DNA of 64,000 nt from Camelus dromedarius (Eukaryota): the NCBI RefSeq assembly GCF_036321535.1, contig NC_087436.1:106456001-106520000 (forward strand), in the 5' to 3' direction. Shown here one piece after another: positions 1 to 12,527 of this stretch. Position numbers and translations under genes: made by a program. The stretch's first letter is position 1, and every line of letters starts with the position of its first letter. The notes beneath the pieces are model-generated. The model worked only from the letters and a program-made list of their open reading frames with translations, made no database searches and was not told the origin of the DNA.

Positions 1-3000
1 GGTGAAATCGTGCGATTTCAAAGGATCGTTATGCAGATAAAAGGAAACAGCCGGTACAACACAACATGCCTAGAACAGAGCCAGAGCTCAAAGAAGACTA
101 TTCTCTTTTATTTGTCAACCTAGATATTTCTCTTTACTTGCCCTTTATCTTAAAACCAGTTTGATTTTAGAGCAACCTTATTTTTTTTTTCAAGATTAAA
201 ATCGTAATCATTAAAAAGCATGCAGCCATTGTGTTATCTACTAGAAAGAAAGCCATATCTTGCTGTCATGCTGTACTTTACAGAAATGGACAGTTTCTGC
301 CAAAACAAGAGTTTACTTTTCAGTTCCCTGGTAGATTGTGGTTTGATTTTATTTGGCCTTTATGGCAATAATACCTTGATCACTGTCACAGAAACCCAAA
401 GAAAAATCTTGTTTCTCCTCTAATGTTTTATCATAGCTGTTGCTCCCAAAGAAAATCTTGGCAACATTTAAGAATAAGGAGCAATTGAAGAGTCTTGTGT
501 GGTGACTGACTTTAATTCACATTTCAAAGACACTGATTATTTTTCTGAAGCCCACAGCCCAGACGAAGAGTATCATACAGAAGGAGTGTTTCATTTCTAA
601 CTAAAAGTGATGGTGAAGTTACGGATTATCCCATTCGCCTTCTAATTCCCTTTTCTCTGATTTTCAATTTTCTTTTTCTCCATATGTTCATTTTTTAGTC
701 CATTTTTTTTCCCTTCATTTATTGTTTAAATGATTATGTTAGATTCTGTACCGATGACTGCTGGGCAGCTGGGTTGCTGGAAATACCACCAGGGCAGGTC
801 TGTGTCTGTAAGAACCACTGCTGTGTGCCTGAGACGCTTGCCGTCCCAAAACTATTTTCTCAATACAAATGAATAAAAGGAGAAATGAATGAATAAAGCC
901 ACATAAAACATGGCCATGGAGTTCAAAAAAACTTAATTATGTATTGAGAACTTTTTTCCTTTTTTAAAAGATATTTTAAAAAATTAAAATAAAATACCTG
1001 CTGTATTTACTGAAGACGATTTTTTACCTAGTCTTATTTTTAGATAAGATGAATCAATTATTTCTGCCTTTTATCATTTTCAAACCCAATAGCCTTCTCT
1101 TTTCCTGGATATCTGCTGTTTATATTTCCAATGACTCAATGGGACTTGATTTTTTAAATGATATTTTTTGTCTTAGTTCAGCTATTCCAAGTTGAAGGCA
1201 ATGCCTATAAGGTTTTATCAGTTACTAAACCCAATTTATCGCATCCATAGAAAGGCTATTTAATCAGGGGCAGATTGTGAAATGGCTTAGTGATAAATTA
1301 AGTTCTCATTATATAGGGTTTCTTAGGAGATTCTCTAAAATTTTGCTCTTTTCTTGACAGGGTAACATTTTGAAATGATTTTTTTAAAGGGACATCGTTA
1401 GAGAAATAGTGGGAAATCCTTGCACAGTGTTTCCTGGTGCCCTTTTTGCCACTATCTCATTTAATCCTTACCTTCAGGTGGTGAAGCAGCTGTCTCTACT
1501 TACAGTTGAGATCACTGAGGTCACTGGGCCCAAATGCCTTCTCTGAGGATATAGGCTAGTCTGTGACGTTATTAGAATTCGCACCCCATCCCTCTGATCC
1601 CCGTACGATTTTGACTGTTCCTTTGGAAATATTCACAGTGGACATGATATCAATAGGAACAGAAGCAAAATGAGGGAACATGGGTTAATGTTTCAGGAAT
1701 ATTGAACTACTGAATGCGCTTCCAGGGACAAATTGAACAGCGACTGGTGCTGTAATGGCACAGAACGATTCTGCTGTCAATTGCTAAAGCCGTATGTTTT
1801 CATTTTGTGCCCAGAGGTGAAAGGATTTACTCCAGGGCCACCCGCAGCTGATAGCACCAGATTTTTCACCTCTGAACAGATTACAGCTGCCTGACATCAT
1901 CTCAACAAACAGAACTGGAAAGTTTGTCTACAACCATTGATGTCAGCTGGGGCAACCAGGGCTCCAGGGGGCGGGCGCCCCCGTGGTTTCTCATCCTCTT
2001 CCATGGCTTTGCTATAGGCTCTCCCAACACAATGGGCTTCTCTTTTTCTGTATGTCCCCTGTTTGTATTCGCTATGACTCTAAGGTACTTTATTTTTTTA
2101 AATGATATTTTTGTCCTAGTTCAGCCAGTTCTGCCATTGTTCTTACACAAGTTGCTGCAGTCCACTTAATATTGTGATGAAAAACTAAATTTAAGTAAAG
2201 GAGTCAACTATGGAAGTATGGTGCAAATACAGTATGTATGGTTTGAATGATTTTTTTGGACGTGTGTGTACCTTTAGCACTACACTTGTTACGTATTGCT
2301 TCTTAACTCTTCCTTAAAACACATAGGCATTATGCTGTTTCCACTTTCAATAATGCTCAGGGTTAGGGGATAGCCAGGGTATATTTTTCTGCTGCCCTTT
2401 TACAAAAATGCGGAGAAAATTAAGGTCCAAGGAAGGCAGATTCTAAGCCAGAGCCACAAAGCTGAGCAGAGCTGGACTGTTCTTCATTAATTATTTAATC
2501 ACTCTTAAGCTTTTCCTCTTGTCACTTTTATTGCATTACTACACATGCTTTGTATTGTTATATTTTTGTTTTATAAATACAAAAAAATACTCCTTACGGA
2601 AAGATTAGAAAAAAAGACAAATTGAATGAAAGTCATCTGAAGTAATTTAATACTTCCTTGCAGTTTTTTGGTGTCTGGTGTTTTAGATGTTTCCCAGTGT
2701 ACAGTGCTGAACAAGTGCTATTTGCTAACTTTGTTGGTTTAATAGTATTTAAGGGGTATGTTCCATTTCAACAATATACGTCAATATCATCATTTTCTTG
2801 GTTGAAGCGTGTCACTGTGTGGGTTCTCCTGGAGATTTTTTTGCTTTAAGCCCAAGCTCTCATGGCCTGCCCACCTGTGGTCAGAGGCCACTCTAACATG
2901 ATGTTTTTAAAGAAGGGCTCCAATATGATGGCATCAGTCATAGCGATGGGGCTCTTGGCTGGGGGCTGTCCCTGCCATGTGCCAAAGAGATCTATTCGGT

Positions 3001-5219
3001 GGACTTACGAGTACTGCAGAAGGGTCCAGCACTGGGGAAAGATACCAACAGGAACTAACCCAGGGGTTCAGCGGTCAAAGCTTTCAGCCCCGAGTCCGAG
3101 TGGGAAATCAAAGTGAGAATAGGAACCCAAGTACAGAAAGCTTTACAGTAAGAATTATATATTTTCAACAGTTTTAGGGATTTAAGTGTTTCTACATTAT
3201 TCTAGAATGAAATCTGTTCTAAGAGAAATAGTCGTGCCCTGTTTTGTAAATAAATCTGATTTTAAAAAAAATTTTGGCTTTCCTTTAAGAAAAGTGGAAT
3301 TCTTATTGCTTCATCTATTCATTTATTCCTCACAACGGTTTATTTCATGTACAGCAATTTATTTTGTTCAGCATCTGTCCTTTTGCTAGAATAAGCTCTG
3401 TGAGGGCAGGGACATTTAACTATTTTGTTCATTTTGAATTATTTTGTTCATATCCCCAGTGTCAAGAATGCCTGGCATATAGTAGATACTCAACAGATAC
3501 TTATTAACATTTTTTTGACACGCAGTTTGATGCACACCTCATGATTCCTGTTTCCAAGAAGCTTATGATCTATTGAAAAGCATAGACATGGAACTTAATT
3601 ACAGCCCAGTGTTTCCATAGCGGACTGCACTGGGAACTTTCCATGTGCAACACTGTAAACAATTGAGGGCTGAAGAATAAAACAGCAAGGGTATGAAAAG
3701 ATTCTTCACTTTTACTTCCTTTTAGCAACATAGCATGGTAGAAAAAGTAAGGAAACCATAGGCCCCAGACAAATACAGATTTAGATCAGCCACTGACTGA
3801 CCCTGAAGTCTGTTTAACCCTTTGAGGGGGTCAGTCTTCCCACCTCCAATCCTGCAGTTGGATGGGTTGCCTCTTCTTAGCTCCTACTGTCTGGTATTTC
3901 TGTCACTACGTTCTACCGTTATATGAGACTATCATTAAATGACTTGTCTTCTTCTTTCTTTGTTCTGTAACTCTACCATTTTTATCCCTTTGGTTTGTAC
4001 TTCTCCTGTCATTTCCCATGTTGTTAAAGGCACATACACTTTTAAAAATCCAGTTATCAAGTTCACTTTTGAAAACGTTCCCTTTGGTGTCATTAGCCAC
4101 TTTGTCTAACAGGATGAACCAGGCTGCCCTCCTGTGCACGCTCACCACGTATGTGTATAAATCACTGACAGTTGTGAATGATTCTGTTTCTAGAAAGAAT
4201 TCAGTATAAAGTATTTAAAGATTTTTCAGGAGCATGGTACTCAGTCTGGCATTAAAAGAAGCTCAGTCTCTAAATCCTAGGAGACTGTAGACTTCCTCAG
4301 ACTCTTTGGAAACACAAACTCACATGGACTACTTAGCTTCAAAGTCACTGAAAAGATGAACTTCTCAGGCTGTATTTATTCGGCAAGTATTTACCAACAA
4401 CTCACTACTCTGCAACGGAACACTTGAATGGAAAAGGAAAGATGCTTATGGAGTCTAAGGCCCAGTTCCAGGCTCGAAATGGTTCCTACTCTCTTGGGGG
4501 TGGGCACGGGGGATTGTCAGAAGCACACTTGGATTTCCTTCACCCTAGATGGCCCCACAGAGAGGACAGCCTTGCCTCTGATTAGCCTCTAACCACCCTG
4601 AGACAATTTTCTCTCACTTTAGTGCTATTACCAGAATATTGCAGTAATCAGATCATTTGACATCGCCCGCAACTTGGTGTCCCCAACCTTAATATACCAT
4701 AAAGGTCCAGGTGCCAGGCTTCTGCAGCTGCACCGTTTGCACACACAGCTCGTGGTGCTAAGTCCTGAGGAACAAAGAGCATCGGCTGCTGTAGTGGTGC
4801 CTTCTAAGCACTTCTTTTGGGCAGAGAGCGTGCTGTCTTCCAGAGGATGTATTAGCTTTAATGGAAAGTGATTCTAGATGTTTTACAGAGTCAGTCTAAA
4901 GAACATGGCTTATACCCAGGGCTAATGTAGTCTGCTAATTCGCCACAATGAAACTTAGAGTTATCTACAGGAGGCCTCCTTTCTGAAGTCCTGGTGCTGT
5001 AATTCTAATTGATCAATGCTCATGTGTAATGTTTGTTAAATATTTTCAATGTTACCTCCCTCCCTCTTCTACCAATATGCAAACTGTGAAAGAAAATTAA
5101 TGTCTTACTCATGGCAAGTGCTCTCACATCAGGACCTTTGGACTTACTCTGTTCTTTGCCTAGAACATTTCTTTCTCAGCTATTATGTCTTGCTGTTTCA
5201 AATGCTCTCTCAACTTCTC

Positions 5220-5580
5220 TCTCATATACATACATATTTACATGAGTATGCAAGTAAAATATACATACTATCAAATATATATGTATTTACACTATCAAAA
5301 ATATGTATATACTCCATTCTTTATCTGTCTATTCCAAATATATTGTCTCTCTCTGTGTATATGTCTATTTTATAAAATATATAAATAAACCAAATGTATT
5401 CTCTCTCTATATATATACATACATATATTATCTCTCTGTGTATATATATGAATATAATACTCTATGTTCTTTATATAGAATTTGTATCATATGTTCCTTA
5501 TATGTTTATATATATATACACATACATATATACACATAGATATATGTATATACTCTCTCTATATACACATATATATCTTT
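5220..5580. repeat. Degenerate TA/CA/TC low-complexity region
   Basis: Recurrent TATATA, CATACA and CTCTCT units. Confidence 0.8.
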
Positions 5581-6169
5581 GGAAGGGCTACATTTGTTTA
5601 TTATCTGCCATCCTCTCTCCACCAAGCTAAAATGTAGGTTTTTAGAAAAAAACAGAGTAGAGCACGTGGTAGTCACTCAATACATATGTGTAAGTAATAA
5701 AGTACATATATTTATAACCAAGCACATGAATGTGGTGTAGGTCTGCACGTGTGCACGGGTGGAGGTTGTGTACAGTATAGATCAGCTTAGCTTGCTCTGG
5801 ACTTCAAGTGATTACTTCATGTAATAAACACACAAGCATCCAGGGATTATGTCAAACCATGCCTTTTAATTCAGACATATTCAGTCTTAACAAGTGACAG
5901 GTAGACCATGGTCGTTATGTAAATTGTAAGGATTTCTGAGCATTCATGTATTTAATAGTTTTGATACCACATTTAAAATCTCTATACTGTGTTGGTTTAT
6001 TGTGTAGAATGTTCTTCTCTTTCCTCTTCATTTGCTTATGTCCTATCCCTACCTCAAAGTCTACTTTAAATGTTGCCTCTATATTATTTTTTCAACAAAT
6101 TTAGATTTTGTCCCACTTATTGTGAACTCAGTGAGGGCAATAATAATGGTAACATTAATAACAGCAAAC

Positions 6170-6385
6170 CTAGATCCTTACTGTGTACAAGGCAGTGTTC
6201 TATGTGATATGCAGGGATTAGCACCGCAAAGTCTCAAAATAGCCCTTCAAGGTAAGTCTTATTATTATAACACACTACACACGAAATCTGAGACCCGGAG
6301 AGGTTAAGTCACTTACTGAACATCATACACCTTGTAAGAATGAATTCAGGATCCAAACTCAGGCAGCTAACTTCAGAATCTATAT
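6170..6385 (-). mobile_element. MIR SINE relic
   Basis: MIR core GAAATCTGAGACCCGGAGAGGTTAAGTCACTT...GGATCCAAACTCAGGCAG. Confidence 0.65.
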
Positions 6386-6894
6386 TTTGCTTCACTGTCT
6401 CTTTCCTAAGAACATGAAAATCTTATGAGGCTTTTATGCGCTTTTGATCTTTCAAAAAATCTTAAGAAGTCTAGAAATGTTTAAGAACTCTATGAAAGTA
6501 TATAGAACAAAATCCTCAAGAATCCTTTGGCATATAGCCTATGTAATCAAATACACTACAAAATGAAAATGAACTTGATGATAATGATGATGGTCAGAAA
6601 ATGCTGAAGAAAGAGGAGAATGATTGGCAATTAAAAGAGTAAAATGCCATAGGGCTAATAAAAAAAAAAAAAATTCAGGGAGTAAATAACCGATAAGCGG
6701 TAATCAGCATTGAAGCGCACACTGTAAAACGTTTAGGCACATTCATGTAGGGTACTGGAAATAATTCACATAGAATAAATTAAAAATATTTTGTTAATAA
6801 CTATTAAGCTCGGTTAGAACTGCATGTGTTAGAGGTGATAACATGGAATCGTCAGTTCTAACTTGATGTATACACTTCTTAACAGGCACAAAAC

Positions 6895-7290
6895 AGCAAC
6901 TTATCCAAACTTGCATGATGATCAGAATCACTCGGGGTGCTTATCCAAACTGCATAATCCTGAACTGATCCTCCAGGGAAATTGTTCTCGACCGGGGGCA
7001 GTTTGGCTTCCCGGCAAATATTTTGGCAGTATTTGGAGATAATTTCGGTTGCCATAATTGGAGAGGTGCTACTGGCATCTACTGGGAAGCCGTCAGGGAA
7101 GCTATGAAATACCCTACAAGGCACAGGACAGCCCTCCTAGTGCAAAGAATTGTCTGGCCCAATATGTCAACAGTGCCGAAGGTGAGAAATCCTGATTTAG
7201 ACGTTTTGATTTAGTGGTATGTGATGGGACCCAGAGATCCATATTTCTATCCAGGGATCCAGGTTATTCCTATAAAAGCTTGAAGATACC
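6895..7290. mobile_element. MER5-like hAT-Charlie relic interrupted by MER20
   Basis: Fragments such as CAAACTTGCATG..ATCAGAATCACTCGGGGTGCTT and TGGGACCCAGAGATCCATATTT..CCAGGTTATTC flank the MER20; boundaries approximate. Confidence 0.5.
6979..7194 (+). mobile_element. MER20 (hAT-Charlie DNA transposon relic), near full length
   Basis: GTTCTCGACCGGGGGCAGTTT...GGTGCTACTGGCATCTACTGGG...GTCAACAGTGCCGAAGGTGAGAAATCCTG follows the MER20 consensus as recalled. Confidence 0.85.
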
Positions 7291-8859
7291 AGTATAAGCT
7301 GGATTTGTTGAAAAACTCATGAAAGAGGGACCACTAACAGTCGGCTTTGAAGGAGGAATCAGAGCTATGAAAAAATGAAGGGAGGTGAGAAGCTCATTCT
7401 AAGAGAAGAGCAAATCACACCCAGTAGCACTAGAGACAGCCCGTGACACTGGGCCTGCAGTAAAGTCAGAAGCAATCTCAGAGAAACCGCTTTCTACATG
7501 GAAGCCCAGCTCTGCTTCAAGGGATGTAACTGCATTTCTCCACCTTAGTTTTTACCTGTTGATAATTAACTGATGTCTTTTCAGCTCAGTTTGTATCCCC
7601 TCGTGTGAATCCAGGTAGACTTGCCCCTGCCCAGTCTCATTTTCGTTCAAATAATCTCTTCCATAAAATTCCAATATATAAAGAAAGGGAGTGAGGACAA
7701 GTTTTTATCAGATATATCTGATAAAACTCTGATATATCGGACATAACTCTGCTTCTCATTAGCCCCATAAGTTTGGGGCTTATAATAGGGTTAATGGTGG
7801 TTTAAATGAAATAATATACATAAAGAAATTAACTCAGCACCAAGCACATGGGAAGTACTCAGTAAAGGTCAGCTGCTGTTAACTATTTTTAAATCAAAAT
7901 AACATTCGTGTGCTATAATATTTTTGACATCATTTAAATGAAGAAACAAGTGAATTTGAGGTTTAAGGTAATGCTTGGTATCTTATATGGATCTTAGCAA
8001 CTGATTACATGGCACTTTGTTTTGATTGAAGAGGATTGAGAAAATCCTGCTTCAGAGAACTGAGTATTTGTCAATGGCTCCAGGTTGTAAACTGCTCACA
8101 TTCGCATCTCAAAAGATATTTTAAAATCTTGAGACCAACACCAAATGATTCAGCTTGGCAGGTTAAGGCCATGGTGGTCTCTGCTGTGTTTATGATAAGA
8201 TAAATAACACAATTGAATGTGCAAATTGCTTTCTAAAAGCAAGTTAGTTATATTTGTATATGAATTCAATTAAATAAAATATATACTACAATATTTATAA
8301 TCAGTCCTTGTAGTAACTGTACTGATGTCTGGGGTTCCATGGAATGCAGTTTGAAACCCCCCCGGCTAAGACTAACTCATATTCCCAGCTTGTAGATGAG
8401 TATAAGGTATGGAATAAAAAAGCTCATTCTAGTTCAGATAGATTATATCAATTGTTTTCTCTTGGTTAGTGAGCCTGATGTTCCTGCATGGAGATATAGT
8501 TGGTCTGGCATGATTTTCTCGTGGCTTTTCTGAGATATTTGCAAATTAACTGCTTAATAATGCATTCCAGTATCCTTCCAAACACCAGAATTGGTGAGAC
8601 TAAATTTCTACATTTACAAGACCCATCTCAACCCTTTCCTTTACAAGAGATGGATTTACAAAAGCTATGTGAGAAATGAATGGAAACTAATTTTAAATCA
8701 TAGCCTAAGATAAACATTATCAATAAGACAAATCTGCTAGGGGTGGGAAGAGATGGAAATTATAGAGGATACAACCACAGCAACAACAAAAGGAAGGTGA
8801 AGAGTCACCTTATATTCTTAGAACTGGTTAGATGTTTTTAGTTATTACTCATTAATTTT

Positions 8860-9560
8860 TACTAAGCAGCTACTATATGCCACGTCTTAATCGTGATCAG
8901 ATAGACCTTGCAGTGCTAATGTTTTATTGAACAAGAATAGTCAGTAAAATATATTGAGTTATAGAAGTAAGTGTCAAATGGAAAAGTAAACCAGGAAGGT
9001 GGATAGATTGGGTCTGGAGTAGTGGGAGGGTCTCACTGAGAAGGTGACATTTGAGTAAACGAGGGGATAAAGGAGGCAAGCCATGTGTCCATCTGGTAGA
9101 AGAGCCTTCTGGTAAGGGGAAAATGGCAGGTGCAAAGCCTTGGGGCAGCGGAATGCCTGGCATTTTTGTGGTCTAGTAAGGAGGTCAGTGTGTTTGGAAA
9201 GGATTCAGCCTGATGAATAAGAGCATCAGAAGATGTAGTCTAACATAGGACAACCGACCATGCATCTCAGTTAGCCTGCAATAGTCTGGGTTAACCCCCC
9301 AGTGGCTGATTATTTATAGTACTCACTCTCATTCTCAAAAGTGTTCTTGTATAATAAATTATGTGGTGACCCTAAGCTAGTAGGTCACTCTTAGAATTTT
9401 GACTCTTACTCTTGGAGACATGGAAAATCATGGAGGGCTTGGTCAAAATTGGGGCAGGATAAGACTTAGGTTTTATCAGTATCACTGTCCTCTGTGTAGA
9501 CTATTGAGGTGAGGTGGGGTGGGGTGGTAAGTGGCAAGTGTGAAAACAAGAAAGCCATTT
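8860..9560 (-). mobile_element. L2 LINE relic
   Basis: TACTATATGCCA...CTCACTGAGAAGGTGACATTTGAG...GTGCAAAGCC.TTGGGGCAG..GAATGCCTGGCAT are typical L2 3' segments; boundaries approximate. Confidence 0.65.
9247..9374. mobile_element. MER94-like hAT-Blackjack MITE inside the L2
   Basis: Ends CTCAAAAGTGT...ATAAATTATGTGGTGACCCTA; ~130 bp. Confidence 0.55.
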
Positions 9561-9660
9561 GAGTGTACAGAATTATCATTTTAGCATGTGCAGGGCAGCC
9601 AGAATTGAGTTGATTCACCAGAAGCCACATAGTTGTAGCTAGTGGTACAAATGGGACTAG

Positions 9661-10024
9661 TGTTACCGACCGGGGTTCTTAGTTTCCTTAATCAACAGAA
9701 TTTGGTAAAAGGCCAGATGAGAAATTCAGGCAAGGCTTTGTTGGGTCTCATGCTGCAGCCCCAGGATGCGAAAGCAAGTAACAGGTGCCCTCGCTCGCTC
9801 CCTGAGTAGGGGTCGCTTAAATGTCATGAAGGTAGGGGGGATCCATGGGCTGGGTCAGAGGGTGGCTTACGTGGTCGGCCACCCCCTTGGTGGTTCTGTG
9901 TGCAGGGATCATGCACAGTAAGTACCCTGCTTTTTCTCCCGACACCAAAGAAGTGGCAATTGGGATTCTGGTCTTTTTGTATCTTGTTGCACATGTACAC
10001 AGTTATTTTATAGTTTCTTTGTAT

Positions 10025-10103
<79 letters not shown>

Positions 10104-10270
10104 TTATATGTATTTATATATGTAGTTTCTTTGTACTCCTTTTATTCCTTTGTATCCCTTATAGTTTCTTTGTATTTTGTTGCTCAAATGGGGAGACGAG
10201 ACATTTGGCCAAGTGCAAGCACTGCAGCAAAGGGTCCCAAGTCCCAGGTCCCAGGTCCCATCCTGTCTCA
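9661..10270 (-). mobile_element. Solo LTR, ERV1-like, with 4-bp target-site duplication (TSD) CTAG
   Basis: Starts TG (9661), ends CA (10270), flanked by CTAG at 9657-9660 and 10271-10274; GC-richer than its flanks; strand inferred from degenerate TATA and polyA-like motifs on the minus strand. Confidence 0.8.
10029..10097. repeat. Compound (TG)n(TA)n microsatellite inside the LTR
   Basis: Direct reading. Confidence 0.95.
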
Positions 10271-12370
10271 CTAGGAGCACTTCTCCAGACTTCCAGTCTG
10301 GTGGTCTTTTAAATCGTGCCCAGGTTCTCTCCTGGTTTAAATTCGAGGACAAATGGAATGCCTTACAGGCTCTTTTCAGGTCTGTTAAGCCTCCTTTTTG
10401 ACTGCACAACCCAGTTGCTTCCTCTTTGTATTGTGACATGAAACATCTCCCTTCCCCTCACCAACCCCCCCCCAACCGAAATAGCTCATTTTGAATGCAT
10501 CAGCCAGGAGTTTCTTAGGCCTTTCTCTTGAACTTCTGTATTTACACTTTTGGCTCATGTGACCTCTTCAGAATAATGAACTCCATATGTTCAGGACATG
10601 CTTATTAACTCATAAGTGTGTGATATAAGCTAATAAGTTAGAATGGAGCCTAAGTACAGATGGGAACCTACATTTTATGCCTGCTTAAATAGGAGTGTAA
10701 GTATTAGAGGGAATTAAATGGACTCCCACAGGTGTAAATATATCTACAGAGGGAATTCTTCAGTTTTGCTTGTATTTATTTCCGCTTGATTCTTATTTTA
10801 TTTTATTTTTGCAAGAATCATCCTCAGTTTTTGTTCATTGCTTTCTTCAGTTAGAGTACTTAACTGGAGGAAGATTCCTTGTACTGATTATACACATTCA
10901 TAGCCAATGACAATTGAATATGGGAGAAAGCACTCAAGAGACTGCGGTGCACTTATACACAAATTCTGCTTTAAATATGTGTCCCTGAGATGCAAACTTG
11001 TGTGTGTTGGGGGTGTGTGCTGGGTCTAGACACATGTACATACACGATATTTTAAGTAGCCTCTATGGCCATGGGGAGCTGCCTAGATAGTGAAATTAAA
11101 TTTTGTGCTCTTTTTACTAGCCACTGTGTCAGTGCAGCCAGCAACTTTGGCATCTGACAGGGCAAATATAGTGGTGCCTGATGTGCTGAGTTTATCTCTC
11201 CTGGGAATAAAACAGGAATAAGCTGACTCTCAGGGCATTTGTAAGAAATGAATAGATGCGGAAGTATTTTTTATAAGAAATACGTGATGTGATGTCAAGT
11301 GATCCTTATTGTCCTGACTGTTTTTCTGTTGGCCACATAGGCTTGAGATTTCTTGAGTCTTTTTTTTTTTCCTGCCTTCATGTGACCATCTCATTTTCAA
11401 AGCCCTTTGTTCCATACACTAAACAAAAAGCTCGTGGATTATTTTAGAGATGCTTCCTATTGAATGATGTAGGAGTTAGCAACCTGTAAGAAGTGCCATG
11501 TCGGGGTTCTGCCCAGTTTGGAGTGTGAGACGGTGGGCAGACAGGCTGTTAGTACCCATTTCTGGGTGTAAGACAAGAAGGAAAACCCACTGCGGATTGT
11601 AGATCATACAAGGAGACAAAGAGAAGAAAGGGGGAAAGAAAGAGTTGTTTGAAAGTGGGTACTCAAAATATTTAACAACCTTTTCAGCAAAGACTGAGAC
11701 CACTCAGAACAGACATGTACAATGTACAGTTAGTGAAGCGGTCTGTCCTCATTAAAGTGGTTAAAAAAAAAACAAAACTAAAAACCTCAAATTCTATATC
11801 AGGGGTCTAATCTGAATTGTTATTTTCTATTTCACGTGAGGAAAAAAATGTCTTTATTTTGAATTCAACTTCTTGAAAAGTTGGATGAAACTTTTTCATC
11901 GAAACCAAACTTGATACATGCAAACATTTTTTGCCTTTTTGTGCATGAAACCAAGGTATAGCCCTTTAATGGTGCTTCAGGAAACGGCCTTCTATGATCA
12001 GTTGTCTTCCTTATTTGAACCCCTAAGTCTATCATAAAATTCACTTTCTCATTTATTTATGTCAGCTCCCAGTGGGGTCTAGTGGAACAAACAATCCAAA
12101 ATAGTGGATAATCCCAAAATGTCATTTATATTTGGCTTCAGAATACATTACCAGATGTTACTCTAGCAGATTTCCCTTCTTAATTAGACCTCACTTAAAG
12201 TAGGACTTAATTTTGTCTTCATTAGCTGCTTCCAAATCAGCAGGATGGGGCAAGAAGGAAGCCCAAGGCATGCTGGGTATTTGGGAGGAAGCTGGCCCAG
12301 AGCTAAAAGTCGGCGGTAGGTCGTGTTCCAGGAATGAAATTCAAATATGGGTAATCAAGATGACGGGCAT

Positions 12371-12527
12371 GGGGAGGAAGCTATAGCTCGGTGATGGAGC
12401 ATGTGCTTAGCATGCACACGGGCCTGGTTCAGTTCCCAGTACCTCGGTCAAAAATAATAAATAAATAAATGAACCTAATTATCTCCTCCCCCACTGCCCA
12501 AATAAATAAAATTAAAAAAAGTTTTAA
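12371..12527 (+). mobile_element. tRNA-derived SINE, Vic-1-like (camelid)
   Basis: Head GGGGAGG..TATAGCTCGGTG..GAGCATGTGCTTAGCATGCAC..GGTTCAGTTCCCAGTACCTC, A-rich tail, 14-bp TSD AAGATGAYGGGCAT (12357-12370 and 12528-12541). Confidence 0.85.

Noticed and set aside
5049..5630. Overlapping Y/I-rich ORFs
   Set aside because: Translation of TA/CA low-complexity sequence.
9845..10439. 155-aa and neighbouring ORFs
   Set aside because: They run through an LTR and dinucleotide repeats, with no protein-like content.
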